A stretch of DNA of 24,000 nucleotides from Gemella sp. 27098_8_92 (GTDB lineage: Bacteria; Bacillota; Bacilli; Staphylococcales; Gemellaceae). The translations under genes were made by a program, and so were the position numbers. The notes under the pieces were generated by a model. The model ran no database searches. It was not told where the DNA came from and worked only from the letters and a program-made list of their open reading frames with translations. This document shows, piece by piece, positions 15,291-23,458 of this stretch. Each line of letters opens with the position of its first letter. Within the stretch, counting starts at the first letter, position 1. Location: NCBI RefSeq assembly GCF_041433685.1, contig NZ_JAPWBZ010000004.1, positions 145,280-169,279 on the forward strand, in the 5' to 3' direction.

Positions 15291-15809
15291 TTAAGTAATA
15301 TCCTTCAATTTTCTACCTAGAGATAACAAACTTTCTATATCTGATACTTCGCCTGTTCCTAGAGGATTCCATGTATACTCCCCTTCAATCGTTCTAACAT
15401 GCTTAGATCTAGCCCGAAATTTTATTTTATCTGTGTGGGTATATATATCGACTCGTAAGGCTTTATCCCCTACTTTTTGTTTGTTATAATCTATCTCACA
15501 AAATATAACTGTTCCAGACATAATTTCCTTATCATTACCCCAGATTCTAATATTATTGCCATCTAACTCTACAACATACTTTTTTGAAAAGAGTTCTTGT
15601 AGTTTTCTCGCTAAAAGAAAACACCCCCCAAGGATTAATACTATTGTTAAAGATTTAAATAATGAATATGGTTTAATATAGTTATCTAGTTCAAAGTAAT
15701 ATGAAACTAGTGCTAGTCCTACCAAAAGTCCTACCATTACGATAGGAATAATAACATTAATCATCTTCTCTTTATTTGTTGTTGTCGCTACAAATTCATA
15801 CCTTTCCAT
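15291..15809 (-). CDS. Hypothetical membrane protein: two N-terminal TM helices plus a ~100-aa cytoplasmic beta-rich domain (possibly bacterial PH-like)
   Basis: I prefer the ATG at 15809 (SD AAGAGG 5 nt upstream) over the tracked GTG at 15815. TM helices are INVIIPIVMVGLLVGLALVSYYF and LTIVLILGGCFLLA. There is no terminator in the 105-nt gap to the next gene. Confidence 0.7.
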   Translation of the reverse strand: MERYEFVATTTNKEKMINVIIPIVMVGLLVGLALVSYYFELDNYIKPYSLFKSLTIVLILGGCFLLARKLQELFSKKYVVELDGNNIRIWGNDKEIMSGTVIFCEIDYNKQKVGDKALRVDIYTHTDKIKFRARSKHVRTIEGEYTWNPLGTGEVSDIESLLSLGRKLKDIT

Positions 15810-15874
15810 ACACACCTCTTAAATAACAGTTTTATAATTCCCTTTTATTTCCTTTATTCTTATATATTTTTTAC

Positions 15875-15913
15875 TAAAAAATACACATGGTAATTATACC
15901 ATGTGTACTTTTT
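15875..15913. terminator. Strong terminator after the BceB-like permease gene
   Basis: Perfect 11-bp stem TACACATGGTA (15882-15892) / TACCATGTGTA (15897-15907) with a 4-nt loop, flanked by an A6 run and a T5 run. Confidence 0.8.
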
Positions 15914-16019
15914 ATAATCAATTTTCCATTTATCTAGATTGTACTTTTTAGTTTACTGACTAACATTTTACTTTTGGTCTGTAGAAAATCTTTAGCCAAG
16001 CTATCTCTAAATCGTTGTA

Positions 16020-18014
16020 CTATTCTTTTATAATTCTATAATATATTCTTGAGGTAATTAGATATACTATTAGATAGAATACCCCAAAGACTGCTATTGT
16101 CACAGCTAAAGCTATTAAGAAAACATTATTATCTGTCGCTAAGAATAATTTTAATATTTTTTCAATAAATGGATATGCTACTATCGTGTGTAGTGTCGCT
16201 ATTGCTAGTGGGGCAAAGAAGATCATCAATACCTGACTTCTTATGCTTTGTTTGATTTGTCTGTCGGTTAACCCCACTTTACGCATAATTCCAAATTTAC
16301 CTTTATCTTCGTATCCCTCTGAAATTTGTTTATAGTACATTATTACTACTTGAGAGACTACGAAAATCATACTTATAAACATACCTATAAATAAGAATGA
16401 TGCATAGAAACCTTTGAAATTTATTTCATTTTCTGCTTTTCCTTCGATATTTATATTACCCTCTTTTTCTAGTTGTTTAAAGTTTTCTATTACTTTCGCT
16501 TCTTTTGACTTATCACTAATATTGAAACCTACATAGTTGAAGATTTCACCTTCACCGTCTGAAATATTCAGTTTTTTCTTCAGAGCTGACTCTATTTTCT
16601 TAACGTCAGCATTATCTTTTACTACAACATAATATGTATCCATAATGTTAGCTGCAGCTGTGCCTAAAGCGCCTGGAAAGTCTGTTAACTTTTCTTTTAT
16701 TTTTAAATTTACACCTTGGACCGCTATTTCATTTGCTTCATATTTACCTTTTTTATCGATAAATAATAAAGCTTCTCCATTGTTTAAAGTTTTTTGTTCT
16801 TTTGATACTTTATTGTAGTCTTTTAATTCAAGCACAACAATAGATTTAATCTTATCAAACGAACCAGTAAACTCTGATTCATAGTTAATCTCGGTCCCGT
16901 TTAGACGCCCTACTACATTCAACATATTATATGATACTAAATCTTTTGTTTCTACTCCCGCATCTTGCGTGGCTTTTTTTACATTTTTTTCTATTTCAGC
17001 CAACTTACCTTCTGTTGAACGATAACCATTTATTATTATGTCTCTTGGAAAACGTGTATTATATGCATCTTCACTACCTGCATAGAGCGCTGATGTTGTT
17101 CCCATAGTTACAAGAACCATCGTTGATAGTATACAAATATTAGCAAGCCCTACAGCATTTCGTTTCATTCTGTATAAAAGCCCTGAAACACTGATAAAGT
17201 TCTTTGGTTTATAATAAAAAGTCTTGTTATTTTTCATCAATTTTAGAACAGTTATACTTACCGCCATAAATATTAAATATGTCCCGAATATCACCGCTAA
17301 AACTGCAATGAAAAACATTGTTATAGCTTTTATTGGATTTTGTATAGTTTGAGCTAAATAATACCCATATCCTGTTAATCCTAATCCTAAAATAGCTAAA
17401 ATAAAACGTGCTTTTGGTTCGCGTTCTCCATTATTTTCTTCTTTAAGAAGTGCTACTATTTTTAGACGAGAAATCTTTATTACTGTGTAGATTAGTAATA
17501 AGAAGAAAATTCCTCCGAATAATAAGATTGTTAAAAATACTGCGATTGGTGTTATTACAAAACCAAAACTTACTCCTGCTGTAAATAATTTTAACAATAC
17601 TAAAAGCATTAGTTTATCGAATAACAGACCGAACGCAAGTCCAAACACTAATGTTATCACCGCGATAAAGATAGTTTCTAATATTAAAATACGTGCTATT
17701 TGTTTTTTTGTCATACCTAATACAGAATATAATCCAAACTCTCGAACACGACGTTTAATTAGGAAACTATAAGTGTAAAACAGGAATATCGCTGAAAATA
17801 TCGCAATAACTATAACCCCAAACCCGAGAACTTGTTTTGTTGCACTTATACCTTGAGGTAATTTATCCAGATTTTTCCCTAATGATAATGATGTTAGTAT
17901 ATAAAATGATGCAATAGTGAAAATCGTCGATAAAATATACGGTAGTATAAAACGTTTATTTTTTACTAAATTGTTTAGCGCAAATTTGCTATAAAATAAA
18001 TTCATGTTACTCAC
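16020..18014 (-). CDS. BceB-type ABC transporter permease (FtsX-like, 10 TM with a large extracellular domain)
   Basis: 664 aa. Four TM helices, a roughly 230-aa hydrophilic domain (residues ~310-535), and further TM helices on each side. It overlaps the upstream ATPase gene by 8 nt. Confidence 0.9.
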   Translation of the reverse strand: MSNMNLFYSKFALNNLVKNKRFILPYILSTIFTIASFYILTSLSLGKNLDKLPQGISATKQVLGFGVIVIAIFSAIFLFYTYSFLIKRRVREFGLYSVLGMTKKQIARILILETIFIAVITLVFGLAFGLLFDKLMLLVLLKLFTAGVSFGFVITPIAVFLTILLFGGIFFLLLIYTVIKISRLKIVALLKEENNGEREPKARFILAILGLGLTGYGYYLAQTIQNPIKAITMFFIAVLAVIFGTYLIFMAVSITVLKLMKNNKTFYYKPKNFISVSGLLYRMKRNAVGLANICILSTMVLVTMGTTSALYAGSEDAYNTRFPRDIIINGYRSTEGKLAEIEKNVKKATQDAGVETKDLVSYNMLNVVGRLNGTEINYESEFTGSFDKIKSIVVLELKDYNKVSKEQKTLNNGEALLFIDKKGKYEANEIAVQGVNLKIKEKLTDFPGALGTAAANIMDTYYVVVKDNADVKKIESALKKKLNISDGEGEIFNYVGFNISDKSKEAKVIENFKQLEKEGNINIEGKAENEINFKGFYASFLFIGMFISMIFVVSQVVIMYYKQISEGYEDKGKFGIMRKVGLTDRQIKQSIRSQVLMIFFAPLAIATLHTIVAYPFIEKILKLFLATDNNVFLIALAVTIAVFGVFYLIVYLITSRIYYRIIKE

Positions 18015-18759
18015 CTGCCTGCATTAATGTTAGTGTGTCATTAATTTTTTGGAACATTTCGTTATTTGTTGAATTTCCTTTTCTGATTTCATGGAAAACA
18101 ACACCATCTTTTATAAATAACACTCTTTTTGCACGAGCTGCTGTTTTTACAGAGTGCGTCACCATTATAAGTGTTTGCCCTGCTTCATTTAATCTGTCAA
18201 AGACTTCTAATAATTGGTCTGTAGATTTTGAATCTAATGCTCCTGTTGGCTCATCCGCTAGGATTATCGCCGGATTTGTTATAATTGCACGAGCAACTGC
18301 CACACGTTGTTTTTGACCACCTGATATTTCATAAGGATATTTATCGATAAGTTTTTCTATTCCAAGTGGTTTTATTACTTTTTCTAGTCTTTTCTCCATA
18401 TCTTTATAGTTTTTATTCGCTAAAACCAGCGGTAGTAGTATATTATCTTTTACTGAAAAATTATCAAGTAGGTTAAAATCTTGGAAAACAAATCCTAGAT
18501 TATCTCGACGAAAATCAGCTAAATCTTTATCTTTTAGTTTGCTAAGATCTTGACCTTTTAATAGAACACTTCCACTTGTTGCTTTATCAAATGTTGCTAA
18601 AATATTTAATAGTGTAGTTTTCCCACTTCCACTTTCACCCATAATAGCTACATATTCATTGTTATCAACAGCGAAATTTACATTTTTTAATGCCTCTGTA
18701 CTTTGTGTACTTAATCTTGTTGTGTATACTTTTCTTACGTTGTTTACTTCTAATAACAT
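18007..18759 (-). CDS. BceA-type ABC transporter ATP-binding protein
   Basis: Walker A GESGSGKTT, signature ISGGQKQRVAVARA, Walker B ILADEPT, H-loop VTHS. This is the MacB/BceA-like NBD. Confidence 0.9.
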   Translation of the reverse strand: MLLEVNNVRKVYTTRLSTQSTEALKNVNFAVDNNEYVAIMGESGSGKTTLLNILATFDKATSGSVLLKGQDLSKLKDKDLADFRRDNLGFVFQDFNLLDNFSVKDNILLPLVLANKNYKDMEKRLEKVIKPLGIEKLIDKYPYEISGGQKQRVAVARAIITNPAIILADEPTGALDSKSTDQLLEVFDRLNEAGQTLIMVTHSVKTAARAKRVLFIKDGVVFHEIRKGNSTNNEMFQKINDTLTLMQAGE

Positions 18760-18878
18760 TGTTAATCTCCTCTTTTCATCCTAATCGACTAATTGTTTCC
18801 ACTTACTTAATCGATCTATTGTTTCTTTGTTACAACTATATTGTATCTTATATTTTTTTGTCGTTCTATCGATTTTCC

Positions 18879-18915
18879 TTACAAAAAAGCCTGTAATCTT
18901 ACACTTTTGTAAGAT
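18879..18915. promoter_or_regulatory. BceR-type response-regulator binding region upstream of the BceA-like gene
   Basis: The perfect palindrome ATCTTACA-CTTT-TGTAAGAT (18896-18915) matches the TNACA-N4-TGTAA motif reported for Bce-type regulators. A second pair, TTACA-N8-TGTAA, lies at 18879-18896. CTTACA recurs with a 20-bp period. Confidence 0.6.
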
Positions 18916-18958
18916 TGCAGACTTGTTTGTTATCCTACTTTTTTAATTCTTACTACTA

Positions 18959-19945
18959 TTACTCCCTAAATCTATCTTCTTCAGGGAATATTATTTCTAC
19001 TTTAGTTCCAACATTAACCTTCGAGGTAATTATTATTTTATGCCCTAGATTATCTAACGTCTTTTTACAAAGGTATAACCCTAGTCCACTAGATTTTTTC
19101 TCATATCTTCCATTAAATCCTGTAAAACCTTTTTCGAAAATACGCGGTAAGTCTTCTTCGCTTATTCCTAAACCATTATCTTCTATAATAAGTTTATTTT
19201 TTTCGAAGAAAATACTTATCTCACCACCTGTTTTCGTGTATTTAATCGCATTACTTAAGATTTGTTCAAATGCAAATCCTAGCCATTTTTTATCACTAAT
19301 AACAAATGTTTCATGTGGAACATAATTTAATTTTATCTTTTTATTTATAAATAATGGAGCATATTTTTTTATATTATCTTTTGTTACACCAGCTAAATCT
19401 GTTCTTTCTATAAGATAGTCCGAACTCTCACTACCAAGCCTTAAGTACGTCAGTACCATCTCTACATAGCGTTCTATTTTGAATAATTCTTGTTTTACTA
19501 TTTTCACATCTACTTCTTCATTGTCTAATAGAAAGTTTAGCGCAGCTATTGGGGTTTTAATTTGATGTACCCACATACTAAAGTAATCTTCTATCTCTGT
19601 GTTCTTTTTATACGCTTGATGATTAAGTTTTTCTACTTCATCATGTAATCTTCTTATAATTTTATGATAATATTCAACTCTTACATCTAAACTTCGTGGT
19701 AAACCTTCCATATCATTTAGTATATGATTTTCTAAAAATTTTAATTTTTTATAGCTATCTTTATAGTTATAAAAATCCACAACACTCGTCAGAAGTGCTA
19801 ATATAAAACAAAAACTCCCACCATAATACAACGCTTCAAAAGGCAAAGAATATAGATAAAAAATCCCAAAGAAGACTAATATGAAGCTTACAAATAGCAA
19901 ATAGACTTTTATGTTTTTCTTTAAATAATTCGCTAAAATTTTCAT
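18959..19945 (-). CDS. BceS-type intramembrane-sensing histidine kinase
   Basis: Two closely spaced N-terminal TM helices with almost no extracellular loop. H-box WVHQIKTPIAAL. N and G boxes SNAIKYT, DNGLGI and GLGLYLC. Confidence 0.9.
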   Translation of the reverse strand: MKILANYLKKNIKVYLLFVSFILVFFGIFYLYSLPFEALYYGGSFCFILALLTSVVDFYNYKDSYKKLKFLENHILNDMEGLPRSLDVRVEYYHKIIRRLHDEVEKLNHQAYKKNTEIEDYFSMWVHQIKTPIAALNFLLDNEEVDVKIVKQELFKIERYVEMVLTYLRLGSESSDYLIERTDLAGVTKDNIKKYAPLFINKKIKLNYVPHETFVISDKKWLGFAFEQILSNAIKYTKTGGEISIFFEKNKLIIEDNGLGISEEDLPRIFEKGFTGFNGRYEKKSSGLGLYLCKKTLDNLGHKIIITSKVNVGTKVEIIFPEEDRFRE

Positions 19946-20613
19946 TATACTATGTATCCTTTTCCTTTTTTAGTCGTTATAAACTCATCTACTCCTATAC
20001 TTTTCAACTTCGCTCTTAATCTATTAACGTTAACAGATAAAGTATTCTCATCTATAAAATTATCACTTTGCCATAAAGCGTTGATAATTTCTTCACGACT
20101 TACTATTTTTTCGCGATTTTCTAACAATACAGTTAATATTTTACTCTCATTTTTTGTTAGTTCCGCCAACTCTTCTCCACATTTGATTTCATCTCGACTC
20201 ATATCGAAAATTACATCTTTATATACTATTAGATTTGTTCCGCTATTAAAGTTGTAAACACGTCTTAATAACGCTTCTATTTTCGCTTTTAATACTACTA
20301 ATTTGAAAGGTTTTTCTATAAAATCATCTGCACCGATATTCATCGCCATTACTATATTCATATCATCGTTCGCCGAAGAGATAAAAATAATAGGCACTTT
20401 AGAAATTTTTCTTATTTCCTCGCAAAAGTAGTACCCATCAAAATAAGGCAAGTTAATATCCATAAGCACCAAATCAGGAGAGTATTCAACAAATTCATGC
20501 ACTACATTTTGAAAATTTTGCACTTCACATGTGCTATACTGCCATTTTTCTAAATAGCCCGCTATTGAATTTGATATAATCTCGTCATCCTCAACTATCA
20601 TAATTTTATACAT
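19945..20613 (-). CDS. OmpR-family response regulator (BceR type)
   Basis: Receiver domain IMIVEDD....DLVLMDINLP, then a winged-helix output domain LTKNESKIL..L........SREEII..LW...........LSVNVNRLRAKL. Its stop overlaps the kinase start as TAATG. Confidence 0.9.
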   Translation of the reverse strand: MYKIMIVEDDEIISNSIAGYLEKWQYSTCEVQNFQNVVHEFVEYSPDLVLMDINLPYFDGYYFCEEIRKISKVPIIFISSANDDMNIVMAMNIGADDFIEKPFKLVVLKAKIEALLRRVYNFNSGTNLIVYKDVIFDMSRDEIKCGEELAELTKNESKILTVLLENREKIVSREEIINALWQSDNFIDENTLSVNVNRLRAKLKSIGVDEFITTKKGKGYIV

Positions 20614-20658
20614 ACACTCTCACCTGCTTTTTATTTTATCGTAATTACATTTAGTAAA

Positions 20659-20667
20659 ATTATACCA
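20659..20667 (-). promoter_or_regulatory. Extended -10 element upstream of the response-regulator gene
   Basis: The minus strand reads TGGTATAAT, about 45 nt upstream of the ATG at 20613. The -35 is weak. Confidence 0.4.
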
Positions 20668-21381
20668 CAAACTTTCTACAAACGATGAAAATTCTTAATT
20701 ATTATTCTATTAAATTTTTCTTTTATACTTTTTTTCTTGTACATTTTCTTTTCTCTTGATTTTTTTAAGAGTAAAAAGGAGAGTTTTGTATAATATTTTT
20801 TATAAAAATAAATGGGTATTAATTAAAATTATTATTAAGATTAAAATTTTAATTAAACAATAATTTTTGGTTATTTATTTTTTAAAAAACAAAATGGGTG
20901 AGGGTGATGTTTCACGTGAAACCTCTAACAATAAATAAATTGATTTTTGCGTTTGTTTTTGCTGATTTTATAAAAATGTTTTTACCCTACTTATTTTCTT
21001 GTTTAGAAGTGTTTGGGCACTCTTGTTTGTTCTTTGATTTTTATTCACCGCTTAATTTTTCGAAAAAGAAAATTATCAACACCACCATCGAAATTATTTT
21101 AAAAATCTCTCCATTTGTTTTATTGTGGTGTTTTATTGTTGTTTTTAATAAATTAATTTTGATTAATCAATATAATTTTTACTAAATATTTAATATTTGA
21201 TTTTTTGAAAAAGAAATTATTTTTTTGAAAAATTCGATTTAAAAAAGTGGAAAATTAATAAAAAGAGTAGGGGAGCAGGAGTAAAAAAAGAGGAAGAGAA
21301 TTCTTTACCGTAGATTTTATAATATGTTATAATAATAGAAAAGAATAAAACTCTATATAGATAATGGCAAGGAGGTTCAAT

Positions 21382-21663
21382 ATGGAATTTACAAAAACTG
21401 AAAATGGCTTTGTTAAATACGACGAGAACGGTAAAGTTATCGCAGAAATTACTTATTCACCAACCGATAACCCTGATATAGTAGTTGCTGATCACACTTT
21501 CGTTGATTCTTCGTTACGCGGGCAAGGTGTTGCTGGTAAACTTTTAAATACTCTTGTTGAAGATATGAAACAACAAAACAAAAAAATTAAAGCTAGCTGT
21601 TCATATGTAGTTAAGAAGTTTTCAGAAGATTCTTCTTACGACTTCATTAATGTAGATAAATAA
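21382..21663 (+). CDS. Small GNAT-like N-acetyltransferase (~93 aa, single-domain YjdJ-like type)
   Basis: FVDSSLRGQGVAGKLLNTLVEDMKQQNKKIKASCSYV is the R-G-x-G-x-A CoA-binding loop, followed by the conserved C.Y of this short GNAT class. I prefer the ATG at 21382 (SD AAGGAGG at 21369-21375) over the tracked 21364. Confidence 0.8.
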   Translation: MEFTKTENGFVKYDENGKVIAEITYSPTDNPDIVVADHTFVDSSLRGQGVAGKLLNTLVEDMKQQNKKIKASCSYVVKKFSEDSSYDFINVDK

Positions 21664-21670
21664 AAACATA

Positions 21671-21715
21671 AAAACATAAAATTTATTCCATCGATAAATT
21701 TTATGTTTTTCTTTG
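21671..21715. terminator. Bidirectional terminator between convergent genes
   Basis: Perfect 16-bp stem AAAACATAAAATTTAT (21671-21686) / ATAAATTTTATGTTTT (21694-21709) with a 7-nt loop and T-rich flanks. Confidence 0.75.
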
Positions 21716-21733
21716 ATTATATACTTTATTACT

Positions 21734-22366
21734 TTAATATTCTACTATATGTAATTGTCCTTTGTCGTATTCTGCCAAGAAGATATTTTTTATATCTTTG
21801 TATCCCATTTCTTTTAAAGTGGACATTAACCATTCTTCTGTTTTATCCATAGATTCTAATGAATTGATTTGAACTTTTCCATCTGTAATTATAGGGTATT
21901 TTGGATTTTCATCTCCAGTTAACACCACTATTAATTGACCGTTTTGTTCTATTACCGCTCTTTTTACATTTTTTATACTATATATACCTTGGCTGCGGAG
22001 TTTAAACGCTAAGTCATTCGCTGATAATCCACTTTTTCTTGTTGCCTCCACGTTTATTTTCCCTCTTTTTATTACTGTAGTTGGTTCTCCATCTACCATT
22101 TTTTTCAAGAACATGTTATTGGTTTTTAACCATTTTTGAGTTAACACTAATATAACCCATATTAATAATATATTAATAAATTGTAAAATTGAAATGCTTG
22201 GGTTGTAGATAACACCACCTATTATTCCCCCTAGTACATAGTTTTGAACTTGATCACTTGCTGATGCAGGAGCTAGGTTACCTTTTCCTGATACATTTAT
22301 TACGAATACTAATGATAATAATCCTAAAGCTAATTTTATTGCTATATCTATATATGAAAGTTGCAT
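21734..22366 (-). CDS. DUF421 / YetF-family membrane protein
   Basis: The N-terminal membrane part GKGNLAPASASDQVQNYVLGGIIGGVIYN and the C-terminal soluble domain (...VIEQNGQLIVV...) fit the YetF/YdfS/YkjA family. Confidence 0.85.
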   Translation of the reverse strand: MQLSYIDIAIKLALGLLSLVFVINVSGKGNLAPASASDQVQNYVLGGIIGGVIYNPSISILQFINILLIWVILVLTQKWLKTNNMFLKKMVDGEPTTVIKRGKINVEATRKSGLSANDLAFKLRSQGIYSIKNVKRAVIEQNGQLIVVLTGDENPKYPIITDGKVQINSLESMDKTEEWLMSTLKEMGYKDIKNIFLAEYDKGQLHIVEY

Positions 22367-22818
22367 TATTTATTTACCTCCATTTTTTCTATTACTGGAT
22401 CTACTAATTCTATTTTTTCTAATAGGTACTCATCTTTCTTTCCACTACTTATAACTCTGTAGTAAGTATTATCTACTTTTACAAACGAGTTTTCTATTGA
22501 TGCTTCACTATTTATATATATGTGTGTTTTATCGATATTCAAATCGTTAGATATTTTTTCTATAAAATGAATAGAACTTTTATATTGATTAGACGATACT
22601 GCGTTTGATTTGTACTCATTAATACTTATACCTACCGCTAGTAGAGTACTCAAGACCAATATAATCGATAATTCTCTGTATTTTGTATCTTGTCTATTTT
22701 TATAATATTTTATTAATGTGATACATAATATAACTATTAGAACAGCTATTATTATATAAGATATTAAATTATTTTGTTGTAATTTACTTTGTAAATAATC
22801 GTATGAATAAAATTTCAT
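22366..22818 (-). CDS. DUF3290-like small membrane protein, translationally coupled to the DUF421 gene
   Basis: MKFYSYDYL..., two TM helices and the TKYRELSIIL motif match my recollection of DUF3290. Its stop overlaps the DUF421 start as TAATG. SD AAGGAGAAAG. Confidence 0.6.
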   Translation of the reverse strand: MKFYSYDYLQSKLQQNNLISYIIIAVLIVILCITLIKYYKNRQDTKYRELSIILVLSTLLAVGISINEYKSNAVSSNQYKSSIHFIEKISNDLNIDKTHIYINSEASIENSFVKVDNTYYRVISSGKKDEYLLEKIELVDPVIEKMEVNK

Positions 22819-22863
22819 CTTCTTTCTCCTTTTTTATTTGTTTCACATGAAACTTTTAATTTG

Positions 22864-23373
22864 TTATACTTTAATTTCATAAGCTATTCTTTCTTTGTCA
22901 TCTAAATTATTTTTTATTGTTAATTTTATTTCACCTGACTCAACGAATCCAAAGTTACTCAAAAATTTTCTCATTATTTTATTATCTTTATGCGTGTCTA
23001 TTCTTATGTAATCTATATTTTCTTTTTTAGCAAAATCCATTATTGCTGATAAAAATTGACGACCAATTCCTTGATTACGAATGTTTTTTAACGTAGCCAT
23101 ACGATGAATTACCAAGTAGTTATCACATTTAGACCATAGAGTGGGGTAGTTCTCATAATCTCTATCGCAGTTAGTTAGCATAGCTGTCGCTACTATGTTT
23201 ATATCTATTTCATAAACGTAGGATGTTTGCTCTTTTATATCTTGTTTTATCGTTTCTTTACTCGGAGATCCATGCTGCCATTGGTTTATTCCTTGTTGTC
23301 GTAGAAATTCTCGACCATCTTCTATAATTAGCATTATCTCATCTAATTCTGTACTTTTTGCTTTTCTTAACAT
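22864..23373 (-). CDS. GNAT family N-acetyltransferase
   Basis: 169 aa. Motif A is IHRMATLKNIRNQGIGRQFLSAIMDFA, with the downstream ...KFLSNFGF. Confidence 0.85.
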   Translation of the reverse strand: MLRKAKSTELDEIMLIIEDGREFLRQQGINQWQHGSPSKETIKQDIKEQTSYVYEIDINIVATAMLTNCDRDYENYPTLWSKCDNYLVIHRMATLKNIRNQGIGRQFLSAIMDFAKKENIDYIRIDTHKDNKIMRKFLSNFGFVESGEIKLTIKNNLDDKERIAYEIKV

Positions 23374-23421
23374 AACTTATCCTTCTGCTTAAATACTTTT
23401 TTTTAATTAATAATAGAGAAG

Positions 23422-23445
23422 GGGAGAATAATAAATTATTCTCCC
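23422..23445 (-). terminator. Hairpin downstream of exoA (probable terminator)
   Basis: GGGAGAATAA / TTATTCTCCC, a 10-bp stem, lies 14 nt after the exoA stop. The T-tract on the minus strand is interrupted. Confidence 0.45.
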
Positions 23446-23458
23446 TAGTCTTTTTATT

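Noticed and set aside
8966-20257. Antisense or overlapping tracked ORFs: 8966..9172, 10329..10550, 10656..10841, 11077..11361, 14075..14371, 18035..18316, 18690..18896, 18915..19325 and 19952..20257
   Set aside because: Each lies opposite to, or overlaps, a gene with strong motif support (DUF1963, tmcAL, paralog B, MerR, BceA, BceS, BceR). Their products are low-complexity and they lack SDs.
20898-21185. 95-aa ORF with a GTG start in the 770-bp AT-rich spacer
   Set aside because: The SD is unconvincing, the composition is typical of random AT-rich frames, and its first codons overlap the GTTTCACGTGAAAC palindrome. It is kept as a low-probability small membrane protein in the findings, not as a feature.
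8741-21381. Tracked upstream start codons at 8741, 15815 (GTG) and 21364
   Set aside because: Each has an internal ATG a few codons downstream with a properly spaced SD (8774, 15809, 21382). The longer N-termini add residues that do not look conserved.
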